From an uncultured delta proteobacterium (GTDB lineage Bacteria; Desulfobacterota; Binatia; DP-6), in NCBI GenBank assembly GCA_963815115.1, contig CAWFFN010000009.1:384001-448000 (forward strand): 64,000 nt of DNA, read 5' to 3'. Of the stretch, positions 52,710 through 64,000 are shown one piece after another (within the stretch, counting starts at the first letter, position 1; every line of letters begins with the position of its first letter). A program made the position numbers and the translations under genes. The notes under the pieces are model-generated. The model searched no databases, was not told where the DNA came from, and saw only the letters and a program-made list of their open reading frames with translations.

Positions 52710-53141
52710 ATGCAGGATCGGCCTTCGGCGCTCGAGCTCCTCCGTGCGGTGCGCGAATTCCTCGAGGACGATCTCGTGCCCGCGCTGGAGGGGCGCCGCC
52801 GCTTTCATGCGCTGGTGGCGGGCAACGTGCTCGGCATCGTCGAGCGGGAGCTGCGGGGCGAGGAGGAGCAGCTCGCACGGCAGTGGGACCGGCTCGCGGA
52901 GCTCTTCGCGCTCGATCACGCAGCGCGCCCGGCGGCGGCGAGCACGCTGCGGGCCGCGGTCCGGGACCTGGAGACCCGCCTCGCCGGGCGGATTCGTGCG
53001 GGCGAGGCGGACGCCGACGACTTCGCCAGGCGCGTCCGTGCGCACGTCCGCGCCACCGTGGCGGAGAAGCTCGCGGTCGCGAATCCGAGGTATCTCGAGG
53101 CCGTCGGGCGTGAACCGGCGCGGACGACCCGCTCGAGCTGA
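52710..53141 (+). CDS. DUF6285-like protein
   Basis: 'MQDRPSA.ELL.AVREFL', 'KLAVANPRY'. Typical partner of the APH gene. Confidence 0.8.
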   Translation: MQDRPSALELLRAVREFLEDDLVPALEGRRRFHALVAGNVLGIVERELRGEEEQLARQWDRLAELFALDHAARPAAASTLRAAVRDLETRLAGRIRAGEADADDFARRVRAHVRATVAEKLAVANPRYLEAVGREPARTTRSS

Positions 53142-53187
53142 TCTCCGGGACCACCGCCTCCAGCGGCGGGCGTCCGCGACGCTACGG

Positions 53188-53643
53188 TTACCGCTGTTCT
53201 CCCCGGCGCTGGTGGTCAGCGACGAGAAGCAACACGGCCACGGCAAGCATGACGCCGGGCAGGACGAGGTCCGCAGGGGGGTTGTCACCTGCGACCACAT
53301 GCCCGATGCGCACGAGAGCATGACCACCTTCGGCAACGACGCCCACGGGAATGATGATCGCTGCATAGCGCTGGACATCTGTGGCTGCCGCAAGGAACGC
53401 CGTCGCCATCGAGAGGTCGAAGACGCCGGCAATCTGGATCTGTCCGACGTGGAGCGGAGGCCATGGCGGAGCGGCGCTGAAGAACCAGCGCGGGAGTGCC
53501 ACTCCAGCGATACCCACGACGAGATGACCGAGCCCCAGCAGCACGAAGAAGATCCTCAAGAACGGCTCTCGTCCGAACACTCCGACTCCTCTAGCGCCTG
53601 ATGAGAGGGTACGCGAGCGTCGGGGATCGGATCGAAGAGGCAC
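53188..53643 (-). CDS. Hypothetical membrane protein
   Basis: Four hydrophobic segments. Start uncertain. Confidence 0.6.
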   Translation of the reverse strand: MPLRSDPRRSRTLSSGARGVGVFGREPFLRIFFVLLGLGHLVVGIAGVALPRWFFSAAPPWPPLHVGQIQIAGVFDLSMATAFLAAATDVQRYAAIIIPVGVVAEGGHALVRIGHVVAGDNPPADLVLPGVMLAVAVLLLVADHQRRGEQR

Positions 53644-53708
53644 CGGGCGATCGGACTCGCGGATACGCGACCCGAGATCGACGGCCCGCCGGGCGAGGAT
53701 GAGCGGCG

Positions 53709-55125
53709 CTAGTCCTCGAGGCCGCGCAGCAGGTGCGCGCGGCTGCGGTGGCGCAGCTTGCGCAGCGCCTCGCCCTCGATCTGCCGGATGCGCTCGCGGG
53801 TGATGGCGAAGTGCGCCCCGACCTCCTCGAGCGTGTGGTCCCTGCGCTCCCCGATCCCGAAGCGGAGGCGGAGCACCGTGGCCTCGCGCGGCGTGAGGGA
53901 GCCGAGCGCGCGCAGCAGGGCGCGGCGCACGCTGTCCTTCGCGGCGATCTCGGCGGGACCGTCGGAACGCTCGTCCTCGAGCGCGTCGGCGACGGTCCGC
54001 GAGTCGTCATCGCCCATGGGCTCGTCGAGCGACACCGGCTCGTGGCCGATGCCCAGCAGCCACTGTATCTCGGACGCCGGCAGCCCGGCCCGCGCGGCGA
54101 CCTCTTCGGGCGAGGGATCGCGCCCCAGCTGCTGGCCGAGGTGGCGCGCCAGCTGGGTCACGTTGCCGAGGATCTCCGTCACGTAGACGGGAACGCGGAT
54201 GGTGCGCGCCTGATCGGCCAGTGCCCGGGTGATCGCCTGGCGGACCCACCAGGTGGCGTAGGTGGAGAAGCGATGGCCGCGCCGCCAGTCGAACTTGCTG
54301 ACCGCGCGCATGAGGCCGATGTTGCCTTCCTGGACCAGGTCGAGGAGCTGGAGGCCCAGGTGGGCGTAGCGCCGGGCCACCCAGACGACGAGGCGCAGGT
54401 TGGCCTCGACGAGCTCCTGCTTGGCGGCCCGTGCCCGCCGGTCGGCATCGCGGACGTTGGACAGCAGCCTGGCGACCGCCGGCTGTGTGAGGCCGCACTG
54501 GCGCTCGAGCGTGCGCACCGCACCGGCGCCGCCGGGCAGCCCGCGCTGGCGCGCCATCGTCTCCGCGAGCCCCTCGAGCTCCGCGGCGAGCCGGTCGACG
54601 TGAGACTCCGCGATGCGGAGCGCCAGCAGCGCGTGCGCGAGCGGGTCGCGAGCGTTTGCCCGGCGACGGCGCGCGGCGCCGTGACGCACGAGGCCACGGA
54701 CGCGAGCGATGCGACGCAGGAGACGGCGGCGTACCTGCGCCGCGTCCTCCTCTTCTTCCCCTTCGGGTCCCTCCGCCAGGACGTCGAGGAGATCGAGACT
54801 GCCGTCGCGCTCGGCGGCGGGAAGGCCGAGCACCCAGCGAAGTCCGGGCGGTGAGCCGAGCACCGCCACGATGCGCTCGCAGCGAGCATCGTCGATCCGA
54901 CGCGCGATGGCGAGCTCCTCGTCGCGCTCGAGCAGTCGCGATCGAGCGGCCTGGCGCATGTAGAGCCGGACCGGGTCGAGCGCCTCCCAGTGTTCGCGAT
55001 CTCGCGCCTCGGCTGGCCGAGGCGCGGTCGGCTCGGACCCTCTCGCCGATCCTCTCGACGTCCAGCATGAGCTCGCGCTCTGCGGGAAGCTCGTGAGCGA
55101 GGGCGTTTCCGTGGTCGTCCGACAT
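53709..55125 (-). CDS. RpoD-like (group 2-type) sigma70 factor; apparent frameshift in the N-terminal extension
   Basis: 'DPVRLYM', 'EANLRLVV', '[14 protein letters not shown]', '[13 protein letters not shown]', 'TRERIRQIE'. The main ORF is 53709-54959. Confidence 0.88.
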
Positions 55126-55194
55126 CACGTGATTGCCAGGCACCAACTCGCACGTCGAGCAAACTCACCGCAATTGTGAACATTCCGGACGGAA

Positions 55195-55818
55195 CTACGG
55201 GTTTTCCCTGATGGCACCTGCGAGGAGCGCGATTCGGATCAGCTCCGCCAGCGAATCGACTTGCATCTTCGACATGACGTGGGCCCGGTGAACCTCGATG
55301 GTTTTCGGGCTCACCCCGAGCTCGAAGGCGATCTCCTTGTTCGCCTTGCCGGCGACCACGAGATGGAGCACCTCGCGCTCCCTGGCGGTGAGCGCCGCCA
55401 GGCGCTGGCACGCGTCCTCGCGCCGACTGCGCACCTCGCGCGCGCCGCGGTCGAGGGCGAGCGCCTGGCGCACGCGATCGAGCAGGAGCTGGTCGCTGAA
55501 GGGTTTCTCGATGAAGTCGATCGCGCCCGCCTTCACCGCGCGCACCGCCATCGGCACCTCGGCGTGCCCGGTGATGATGATGGTGGGGAGCTCGACGCCG
55601 CGACGGGTGAGCTCGGCCTGGAGATCGAGGCCGCTCATCCCCGGCATGCGAACGTCCAGGATCAGGCAGCCCGGCTGGGCCGGATCGTGATCCGCCAGGA
55701 AGTCCGCGGCCGTGGCGTAGGTGCGCACGGGGAGGCCGACCGAGTCGAGCAGCCAGCGCAGCGAATCCCGCATGGCTCGATCGTCGTCGACGACGAAAAC
55801 GACGGGCTCAGGCGGCAT
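55195..55818 (-). CDS. FixJ/TtrR-type response regulator
   Basis: 'VVDDD', 'LDVRMP', 'FIEKP', LuxR HTH 'NKEIA.ELGVSPKTIEVHR'. Confidence 0.93.
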   Translation of the reverse strand: MPPEPVVFVVDDDRAMRDSLRWLLDSVGLPVRTYATAADFLADHDPAQPGCLILDVRMPGMSGLDLQAELTRRGVELPTIIITGHAEVPMAVRAVKAGAIDFIEKPFSDQLLLDRVRQALALDRGAREVRSRREDACQRLAALTAREREVLHLVVAGKANKEIAFELGVSPKTIEVHRAHVMSKMQVDSLAELIRIALLAGAIRENP

Positions 55819-57118
55819 CGCGCCTTCCTCGTGCTGCGGGGAGAGCGACGTGGAACGCGGCACCCAGTGGCGGGTCCTGCGAAGCCCACAGCCGTCCCCC
55901 GTGCGCCTCGACGATGGAGCGGCTGACCGGGAGTCCCAGCCCGAGCCCGTCGCGCTTGGTGGTGAAGAAGGGCTCGAACAGCCTCGCCGACACGTCGTGA
56001 GAAACGCCGACTCCCGTGTCGCGCACGACCAGCTGGACGGTTCCCTCGTCCCCCTCGCCGGTCTCGATCGAGAGCTCGCGCGGCCTGCCGTTGTTGTCCG
56101 CCATGGCCTCGAAGCCGTTGCGGACGAGATTGAGGATGACCTGCTCGAGCTGCATGCGGTCGACCTCGACCTCCAGCGGTCCGGGGGCGAGGTCGAGCCG
56201 CAGCGTGATGCCGAGCTCGTCGGCCTCGCCCTCGGCGAAGTGGAGCGCTTCGCGGACGAGGGCGTTCAGATCGGCGCGCGAAGGCGCCACGTCGCCGTGA
56301 CGGATGAACTCCCGGATGCGGCGGAGGATCTCGCCCGCCCGCAACGCCTCGTCGGCGATCAGGTCGACCGCGTCCAGGAGGGCGGCGGCGCTCATCTCCC
56401 CGGACCGGATGCCGCGCGCGCTGCCGCTGGCGTGGCTGACGATCGCCGTCAGGGGCTGGTCGATCTCGTGCGCCAGCCCCGCTGCCATGCCGCCGAGCGT
56501 GCTCAGCCGCGCCGCGTGGGCGAGACCTGCCTGGTGCTGGCGCGCACGGAGCTCGCGCTCCGCGGCCTCGACGCGCTGGCGCTGGCGCTGGTAGCGCTCC
56601 GCGGCGTGGGCCGCGTACACGGAGGCGAACGAGCCCACGAGCAGCGCCAGCGGCAGCGACGAGAGCCGCGACCCGCCTGCGATCGCATACCGGTTCCAGA
56701 TGACGCAGCTCACCACGATCGCCTGCACCGCGAGCTGCGGCAGGACCCCCCACGGGAGCAGGGTCGCGGTCCCCATGCTGAGCACCATCAGGAGCACCGG
56801 CGTGGTCGCCGGATCGTCGGTCACGACGCCGGAGGCGGCGGTCATCACCGAGAAGACGGCGACGGCGAGCAACACCGCGCTCACCACCTGGGTGCGCGTC
56901 GCGGGACGTCGCAGCACCCGGAACAGGCCGATGGTCACCGCGATCATGAACGCCTTGAAGACGTACAGCGGGCCCAGGAGATCGGCGTGGAGGAACGGGT
57001 CGACGAGCGCGAACAGCGTGATCGACGTGAGGCTGAGCCAGAGGCCGACGCGCGCGCGCTGGGCGAGAAGCGCGACCGACTCGGACGGCTGATGACCTGC
57101 GGTTTCGACCGTGGGCAT
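55808..57118 (-). CDS. Membrane sensor histidine kinase (FixL-like transmitter, no PAS)
   Basis: About 5-6 TM segments, 'LAHEIDQPL', 'NLVRNG', 'DTGVG', 'FFTTK..GLGLGL'. Confidence 0.9.
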   Translation of the reverse strand: MPTVETAGHQPSESVALLAQRARVGLWLSLTSITLFALVDPFLHADLLGPLYVFKAFMIAVTIGLFRVLRRPATRTQVVSAVLLAVAVFSVMTAASGVVTDDPATTPVLLMVLSMGTATLLPWGVLPQLAVQAIVVSCVIWNRYAIAGGSRLSSLPLALLVGSFASVYAAHAAERYQRQRQRVEAAERELRARQHQAGLAHAARLSTLGGMAAGLAHEIDQPLTAIVSHASGSARGIRSGEMSAAALLDAVDLIADEALRAGEILRRIREFIRHGDVAPSRADLNALVREALHFAEGEADELGITLRLDLAPGPLEVEVDRMQLEQVILNLVRNGFEAMADNNGRPRELSIETGEGDEGTVQLVVRDTGVGVSHDVSARLFEPFFTTKRDGLGLGLPVSRSIVEAHGGRLWASQDPPLGAAFHVALPAARGRRDAA

Positions 57119-57172
57119 GGGCGACGTCGGCAGCCGAGGACTACCGCGACGCCTCCTTTATGGCAACGCCGT

Positions 57173-57880
57173 TCAGTGGCTCTGATCGAGCAGGACGGTA
57201 CGTGCGTCGTTCAGGATGAGCGCCGGATGGAGGAAGCCAGTGCTGTAGACGTTGCGTACCCGGTGTCGTGCATCGACGAGGAACACCTTGAGCACGTGGC
57301 GGTAGAGACCGGTCCACGAGCCGTCCGCGAAGCGCAATCGTGCCACCGGCTGGCCGAAGTCCGCCAGCAGGGGCGTCAGCTCCGCCTCGTCTCGGGTGGT
57401 CGCGAAGGCCCAGTCGGTGCGCGGCTCGTGCAGGGCGCGCGCCGTCGCGAGGCGTTGCGGCGTGTCGCGCGCCGGGTCGAAGCTGACGGTGATCAGCCGG
57501 ACCCGTCGTGCGAGCGCCGCGTCGGCGGCCAGCTCGCGATCGAGCTGGTGCAGGACGCCGAGGCTGACGGGACATCCCGTCGCCTCGGCGCAGCTGGTGT
57601 AGATGAAGGCGACGACCGCGACGCGCTTCCCGGCGAGGGCGTACAGGGTGGTCCGTCGGCCGTCGCTCCGTAGCAGGGGATGGTCGGCGATGTCGTCGAT
57701 CGGCGGCAGCTGGTACGAGCCCGGCGGCGGCGGTGCGTATTCGGGCACGAAGCGACCGACGCCGTAGACGTACGCCAGATCGCTCGGAGCGACGCCGTGC
57801 TGCTGGCCCGGCGCGCCCCCGCCCGGTGACGCTCCGGCGAGCGCCAGCAGGAACGCCGCGGCCGCCGTCGCCCGCGTCAC
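57173..57880 (-). CDS. SCO1/SenC family copper chaperone
   Basis: 'FIYTSCAEATGCP', 'VSFDP.RDTP', 'H..KVFLVD'. Confidence 0.88.
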   Translation of the reverse strand: MTRATAAAAFLLALAGASPGGGAPGQQHGVAPSDLAYVYGVGRFVPEYAPPPPGSYQLPPIDDIADHPLLRSDGRRTTLYALAGKRVAVVAFIYTSCAEATGCPVSLGVLHQLDRELAADAALARRVRLITVSFDPARDTPQRLATARALHEPRTDWAFATTRDEAELTPLLADFGQPVARLRFADGSWTGLYRHVLKVFLVDARHRVRNVYSTGFLHPALILNDARTVLLDQSH

Positions 57881-59197
57881 GGCGCCGTCGTGCCGGCGCG
57901 TGCCAGGCGAGAGCCGGCGGCCGAGTAGATCTGGTTGCGATAGAAGGCGTCCTGCCCGAAGTGCATGATGTGCGGGCGACCGAGCTTGGCCTCGAGGAAG
58001 TCGACGCTGAAGAGCGGGGCGAGACGTTTGCCGTCCCAGCGATACGCCTTCAGGTACTGCTCCCCGTCCGCTCCCTTCTTGTCCCAGTTCGCCAGCAGGG
58101 ACGAGGTGACGTACAGGCGCTCCCCGTCCCAGGTCTCGGACACCATGTTGGCCTGTTTCCCGATCTTCTCCTTCATCGCCTCCTTCGGATGCTTCGGGGT
58201 CGGAGACGTCGAAGACGTGGAGCGTGCCGTCCATGAAGGTCGTGACGAAGAGCCAGCGGTCGTCGGCCGACAGGCTGATGTCGACCGCGAGCGGCGTCTT
58301 CTTCGGGTCGCCGATGTCTCCCACCGCCGTGGCGGCGAACGTCCCGTCGGGCTGCTGGGCGATGAGCCAGATCTTCGACGTCAGCGCGGTGGCGGTGAAG
58401 GCGTAGTTGTGCCGGGGCTGGAGAGCCCAGCGGATCTCGAGCGGGGCGCCAGGAACCTGCAGGGTCTGGATCGGCTTGCGCGCGTGGAAGTCCCAGACGA
58501 CCATGGTGTTGCCGAAGTGCTTCATCGCCTCGGCGTCGCCGATCAGCTTCCCGAGGTCCGCCATGTAGTTGGTCTTGCCGGTGAAGGACGAGGTCAGCAT
58601 GCGGTTCAGCCGCGGCTGCACGCGGACGTCGTAGCCGTACTCGGCGTTCTCGGGCATCCACACGGTCTGGATGAACTTGCCGTCGTTGTTGTACTCGACG
58701 AGCGCGGTGCGGCCGCCGTCGTCCTTCGAGTTGGAGAGGGCGGCGATGAGCATCCGGCCCGGCAGGGCGAAGAAGGTGTGCGGACCGACCACGCCCCCGC
58801 TGTCGGCGACGAACGTATCGATCGTCCTGACGAGCTTCGGGCCGGCGGGATTGCTGGCGACGTCGAAGACGTAGATCACGCTGTCGTCGAGGCCGCCCAC
58901 CCAGAGATAGCGGCGGTCGTCGGTGAAGCCGGCATGGTGTGCCTCGTGGCGGCCGCCCACCGGGGTCGAGGACACCACCTTGCCGTACGTCGGCGAGCCG
59001 GGCCTGGCGCCGATCGTCACCAGCTTGTCGGCGCCGTCGCCCACGCCGTCGACGCCGAGCGTCCAGACGTAGACGTAGTCCTCCTGTCCGGTGATCTTCG
59101 GCAGATAGGGGGACATGCAGGTCTCGTCGGCCGGCGCGATGCGCGGGCCGACAACCACGGCCATCACCACGAGGAGCGCGACCCATCGTCGTGCCAT
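57877..59197 (-). CDS. mtoX: Methanethiol oxidase-like SBP56 protein; single-base frameshift near 58197
   Basis: 'DETCMSPY', 'EAHHAGFTDDRRYLW', 'GPHTF', 'APLEIRW', 'NMVS', 'ANWDKKG', 'GRPH.M.F'. Removing one C from CCCC restores 'SDPKHPKEAMKEKIG'. Confidence 0.85.
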
Positions 59198-59255
59198 AGA
59201 CGTCACCTCCGCCGCCGACCCTACGCAGGGACCGCGGGCGAAGGCAATCCGTCGG

Positions 59256-61577
59256 TCAGCGCGCCGCGACGCCGAGCGCGGCGTCGGGTGCCGTCTCCTC
59301 GGCGAAGATGAACCGCGGCCGGAAGCGCAGGACGAGCACCGGCATGACGCTGAGCGCCGCCAGGCAGGACACCACCATGGCGGCCGGCATGAGCGTGCCG
59401 AACAGCCGCATGCCGAGGTACGGGGACCAGGCCATGCAGGCGAACCCCGCGGCGATGCTCGAGGCCACGAAGAGGACGGCGCGTCCCGAGGTCTGGAGCG
59501 CGACGCCCACGGCCTGGGCGTCGTCGCCCAGACGGTGGTGCTCCTCGCGCAGGCGAAAGAGGAAGTAGATCGCATAGTCGGCGCCGACGCCCGCCGCCAT
59601 GGCGATGACCGACGCCGACCCCATGTCGAGGCGCACGCCGGTCCAGCCGAGCGCGCCGAAGAGCACGATCATGGTGACGACGATCGGGGTCACCACGTAC
59701 AGGCCGGCCGCGGCCGAGCGCATGATCAGCGACGACACCAGGTAGATCACCGCCAGCACCACCAGCATGTTGAGCAGCTTGCCGTAGGTCGTGTGCTCGT
59801 TCACCGCCAGCACCGTCGGAGCGGCGCCGCCGGCGATGAGCACGTGCTCACCGGCGGGCGCGGGATGGGCGTCGACCCACTGCTGCAGGTGGCGCACCAG
59901 CGGACCGACCAGGGCGGAGTCGTCGGTGCGGAGGTACGCGGTGACCACGGAGCGCGACTGGGAGCGTTCGACGAAACGCTCGAAGGCAGGCGAATCGCCC
60001 AGGAACAGGAGTTGCGACACCATCTCCTGGTCGTCGGGCAGGCGATAGGGATGTGGGTCGTCGCTGACGAAGGTCTTGTGGAGCGACTTCACCAGGTCGA
60101 CCTCCGACGCCGTGCGCACCACCAGCGGGTCGCGCTCCATCTCCTCCTGGAGCGCCGCGATGTGGCGCAGCACCGGAAGCGACTTCGTGCTCTCCGGGGG
60201 GCCGTCGTACAGCACGGTCATGGTCACGGTGCCGGGAAAGTGCTGCTCGAGCGCTTCCAGGTGCCGGCGCGACAGGCTGTCGGGCGGCATGTACTCGCGC
60301 GTCGGTCCGAAGGTGCGGATGCGCAGGACCCCGACGGCGGAGAGCGCGAGCACGATCGCCGTGCCGATCAGGACCGCCCGGCCGTGCCGTCGCAGCACGG
60401 CACGCTGAAGCGACGCGAGCACGCGCGCCGTCCAGCCGCCCTCCGTCGGCGCGTGCCGCGGCGCCGGCAGCACGGCGCGCAGCGCGGGGATGAAGGTCAT
60501 CTCGAGCAGGACGGCGCTGCCGATGCCGTAGGCGCACGAGAGGCCCAGATTGGCGATCGAGCGGACGCCGAAGAGCGCCAGCGAGGCGAAGCCGAGCGCG
60601 GCCGTGAGCCCGGCCGCGACCATGACCGGACCCATCTTGACGGTCGACTCGATCACCGCGGCCTGGTTGTCGCCGGTGCGCACGACCTCCTCGACGTAGC
60701 GCTTGAGCATCTGCGCCGAGTGGGCGGCGGCGACCGCGATCAGCAGGATGGGCGCCGCCACGTTCCAGGAGTCGATCACGATGCCCGTGTGCCCCATGAG
60801 GCCCAGCGACCACACGGTGCTCAGCACCGCGGTGAGCATCGGGATGAGCATGCCCTGCACGTTGCGAAACGACGCCAGGAGCATGAGGGAGATCACCAGG
60901 AAGACGAGCGGGATGCGGCGTCCGATGAGGGCGGACTGCCCGAGATCGATCAACGCCATCATGGGCTCACCCGCGACGGAGAAGTCGACGCCGCGATTCG
61001 CGAAGGTGTCGGTCAGGTCGAGGACGCGTTGTGCGACGACGTGCGACTGCGGGCCCTCCCAGAAGTCGAGCACCACCAGCGCCGCCCGCTGGTCCGGCGT
61101 GACGAGCATGCCGCGCAGCTGCGGTTCGTCGTCCACCAGGCCGCGCAGCCGCGCGATCTCCTCGGGCGTCTTCGGCGGCTCGCGCATCAGGTAGTCGACA
61201 CGCGTCGAGCCGCCGGTGTCCTCGACGTGGCGGACGCTGGGAGCCGCGAGGCTGACCACGTTCTGCGCCATGACGTCGGGAAGCCGGAGCGCGTCCAGGG
61301 TGAAGTCGTGAACCACCGCGAGGACCTCGGGCTGCCAGACGTCGCCGGTCCGGGGCACGATCCCGACCAGCAGGGTGCGGCGTCCGCCGAACTCCTTGCG
61401 GATCGCCTGATCGATCTGGACGAAGGGATGACCGGTGGGCAGGCTCGCCTCGACGCTGAACTCGGTGCGCAGATGGCGCATGCCGGAGGCGACCACGACC
61501 GTGGCAGCGACGACGAGGGCGAGGACGAGCCAGGCGCGGCGGACGAGCCAGCGGGCGTAGCGGTCGAGGAGGCGCAT
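59256..61577 (-). CDS. MMPL/RND family transporter
   Basis: Two 1+5 TM repeats, 'GVGADYAIY', 'TSGRAV'. Confidence 0.92.
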   Translation of the reverse strand: MRLLDRYARWLVRRAWLVLALVVAATVVVASGMRHLRTEFSVEASLPTGHPFVQIDQAIRKEFGGRRTLLVGIVPRTGDVWQPEVLAVVHDFTLDALRLPDVMAQNVVSLAAPSVRHVEDTGGSTRVDYLMREPPKTPEEIARLRGLVDDEPQLRGMLVTPDQRAALVVLDFWEGPQSHVVAQRVLDLTDTFANRGVDFSVAGEPMMALIDLGQSALIGRRIPLVFLVISLMLLASFRNVQGMLIPMLTAVLSTVWSLGLMGHTGIVIDSWNVAAPILLIAVAAAHSAQMLKRYVEEVVRTGDNQAAVIESTVKMGPVMVAAGLTAALGFASLALFGVRSIANLGLSCAYGIGSAVLLEMTFIPALRAVLPAPRHAPTEGGWTARVLASLQRAVLRRHGRAVLIGTAIVLALSAVGVLRIRTFGPTREYMPPDSLSRRHLEALEQHFPGTVTMTVLYDGPPESTKSLPVLRHIAALQEEMERDPLVVRTASEVDLVKSLHKTFVSDDPHPYRLPDDQEMVSQLLFLGDSPAFERFVERSQSRSVVTAYLRTDDSALVGPLVRHLQQWVDAHPAPAGEHVLIAGGAAPTVLAVNEHTTYGKLLNMLVVLAVIYLVSSLIMRSAAAGLYVVTPIVVTMIVLFGALGWTGVRLDMGSASVIAMAAGVGADYAIYFLFRLREEHHRLGDDAQAVGVALQTSGRAVLFVASSIAAGFACMAWSPYLGMRLFGTLMPAAMVVSCLAALSVMPVLVLRFRPRFIFAEETAPDAALGVAAR

Positions 61578-61685
61578 CGGCCCGCCATCTGTCCCGCTTC
61601 GCGCGTACGATGCAAGCCGCGCGCGATCCAGCCGGATGCGCGCCGTCGCGTCGGAATCTCGCGGTGTTACCTGGACGATGCGCCA

Positions 61686-62486
61686 TCAGGGAGTGCCGTG
61701 GGCGAGCCCCTGGCGCACGCGGCGAACCCGCCGGCCGCGCCGGTAGCCCTGCACCGCGGCGACCGCCGCGCCGCCGAGGACGGCGGCGATGACCCACAGG
61801 CCGCCGTGCGCGAACACCGCGTCGTGTCGCGTGCGCAGCAGGAGGGCGACGGCGATGCCCGCGGCGAGCGATCCGAACGGCAGCTCGCGCCAGACCAGGT
61901 GCTGGCGTCCCGACAGGATGGCGGCGAAGGGGATCATCGAGGTGACGGCGAGGTAGGCCGCGTAGGGCTCGCCGCGCAGCCGCAGCAGCTTGCGGTCCTG
62001 ATGCCATCCGCCGACCAGCCCGAGCACGGCGAAGCCGGCCGCGAAGACGGCTCCGGCGAGATGCGGCGCCAGCAAGGCATGCGCCGTGCCGATCAGCGCC
62101 ACGGCGGCGAAGAAGGAGTGCCGCGTGATGCGCTCGAGCCCGCGGGGCGCCCCCGCGCCCTCGGCGAAGACGGCCATGGGCGAGCGCGGATAGACGACCA
62201 GCGAGGCGGAGCCGAGGGCGAACCCGACGACGATCAGCGTCACCAGGAGCCCGTGCAGCAGCGGCACGCCGGCGAGCGCGAGCCCGGCGGGCCCCTCCAT
62301 CCGGTGCGCGGCGTAGAAGCGCACCAGCGCCGTGAAGGACAGGGCCGCCACGAGCGAGAACGCCGTCAGGTAGCCCTGCTCGCCCAGGCGCCCGACCAGG
62401 GCGTCGCGCGAGCGACGGGAGGCGAGCCCGAGGTGTGTCCCGATCAGGACGAGCCAGAGTGTGGTGGTACCGAGCACGGCGTCCAT
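61686..62486 (-). CDS. NnrU-family membrane protein
   Basis: 'GLERITRH', 'HQDRK', 'TSMIPFAAI', 'H..VF'. Confidence 0.85.
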   Translation of the reverse strand: MDAVLGTTTLWLVLIGTHLGLASRRSRDALVGRLGEQGYLTAFSLVAALSFTALVRFYAAHRMEGPAGLALAGVPLLHGLLVTLIVVGFALGSASLVVYPRSPMAVFAEGAGAPRGLERITRHSFFAAVALIGTAHALLAPHLAGAVFAAGFAVLGLVGGWHQDRKLLRLRGEPYAAYLAVTSMIPFAAILSGRQHLVWRELPFGSLAAGIAVALLLRTRHDAVFAHGGLWVIAAVLGGAAVAAVQGYRRGRRVRRVRQGLAHGTP

Positions 62487-62553
62487 GACGACCTCCTGCC
62501 TTCAGCGGCGGCGCCGGTCGGGCATCTGACGAGCACCGCGGCGAGCCATGATG

Positions 62554-62589
62554 TACTGAACGTTTAGTAAATTCTGAACGTTCAGTCAA
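62554..62589 (-). promoter_or_regulatory. Tandem palindromic operators overlapping a sigma70 promoter upstream of the NnrU gene
   Basis: TACTGAACGTTTAGTA (62554-69) and perfect CTGAACGTTCAG (62574-85). Minus strand TTGACT-N17-TAAACG. Confidence 0.6.
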
Positions 62590-62624
62590 CACGTCGGGTG
62601 CGAGAGGCGCCGCCCTGGTGCGGA

Positions 62625-64000
<1,376 letters not shown>

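Noticed and set aside
57173-59575. Apparent 800-aa SBP56-SCO fusion
   Set aside because: Produced by a one-base frameshift. The SBP56 C-terminus is in another frame and SCO has its own GTG and signal peptide.
59115-62567. Very long antisense ORFs (e.g. 1150 aa at 59115-62567, also 5299-7632 and 27199-29232)
   Set aside because: Shadow ORFs opposite well-supported genes, expected at this GC content. No recognisable motifs.

Overview
GC-rich (about 70%) bacterial window. Gene content is reminiscent of Binatia/Myxococcota-like deltaproteobacteria, which is inference only. Positions 1-46.8 kb are a heavily rearranged accessory mosaic. It holds many truncated or fused genes, a tyrosine-integrase unit next to a tRNA/tmRNA-like 3' remnant, an IS630 nested inside an IS3, and a lambda-like cosQ/cosN site upstream of a small-terminase-like gene. 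It also holds an ApbE flavinylation cluster, an ABC/FtsX exporter, a duplicated MarR/SOD/Zn-finger module with a shared palindromic operator, and two copies of an 89-bp TG..CA element. One intact IS110 carries a 5' non-coding region containing exact copies of both of its insertion junctions (bridge-RNA-like). Positions 46.8-64 kb look more intact. They hold lsrF-rpe-rhaD/SDR sugar catabolism, an APH/DUF6285 operon, and a sigma54 activator-NnrU-MMPL-MtoX(SBP56)-SCO-FixL/FixJ-sigma70 string. That MtoX has Lys where a TTQ-forming Trp is expected, and no mauG is present in the window. Several single-base frameshifts lie in homopolymers and may be sequencing errors. No CRISPR array, rRNA or complete tRNA was seen.
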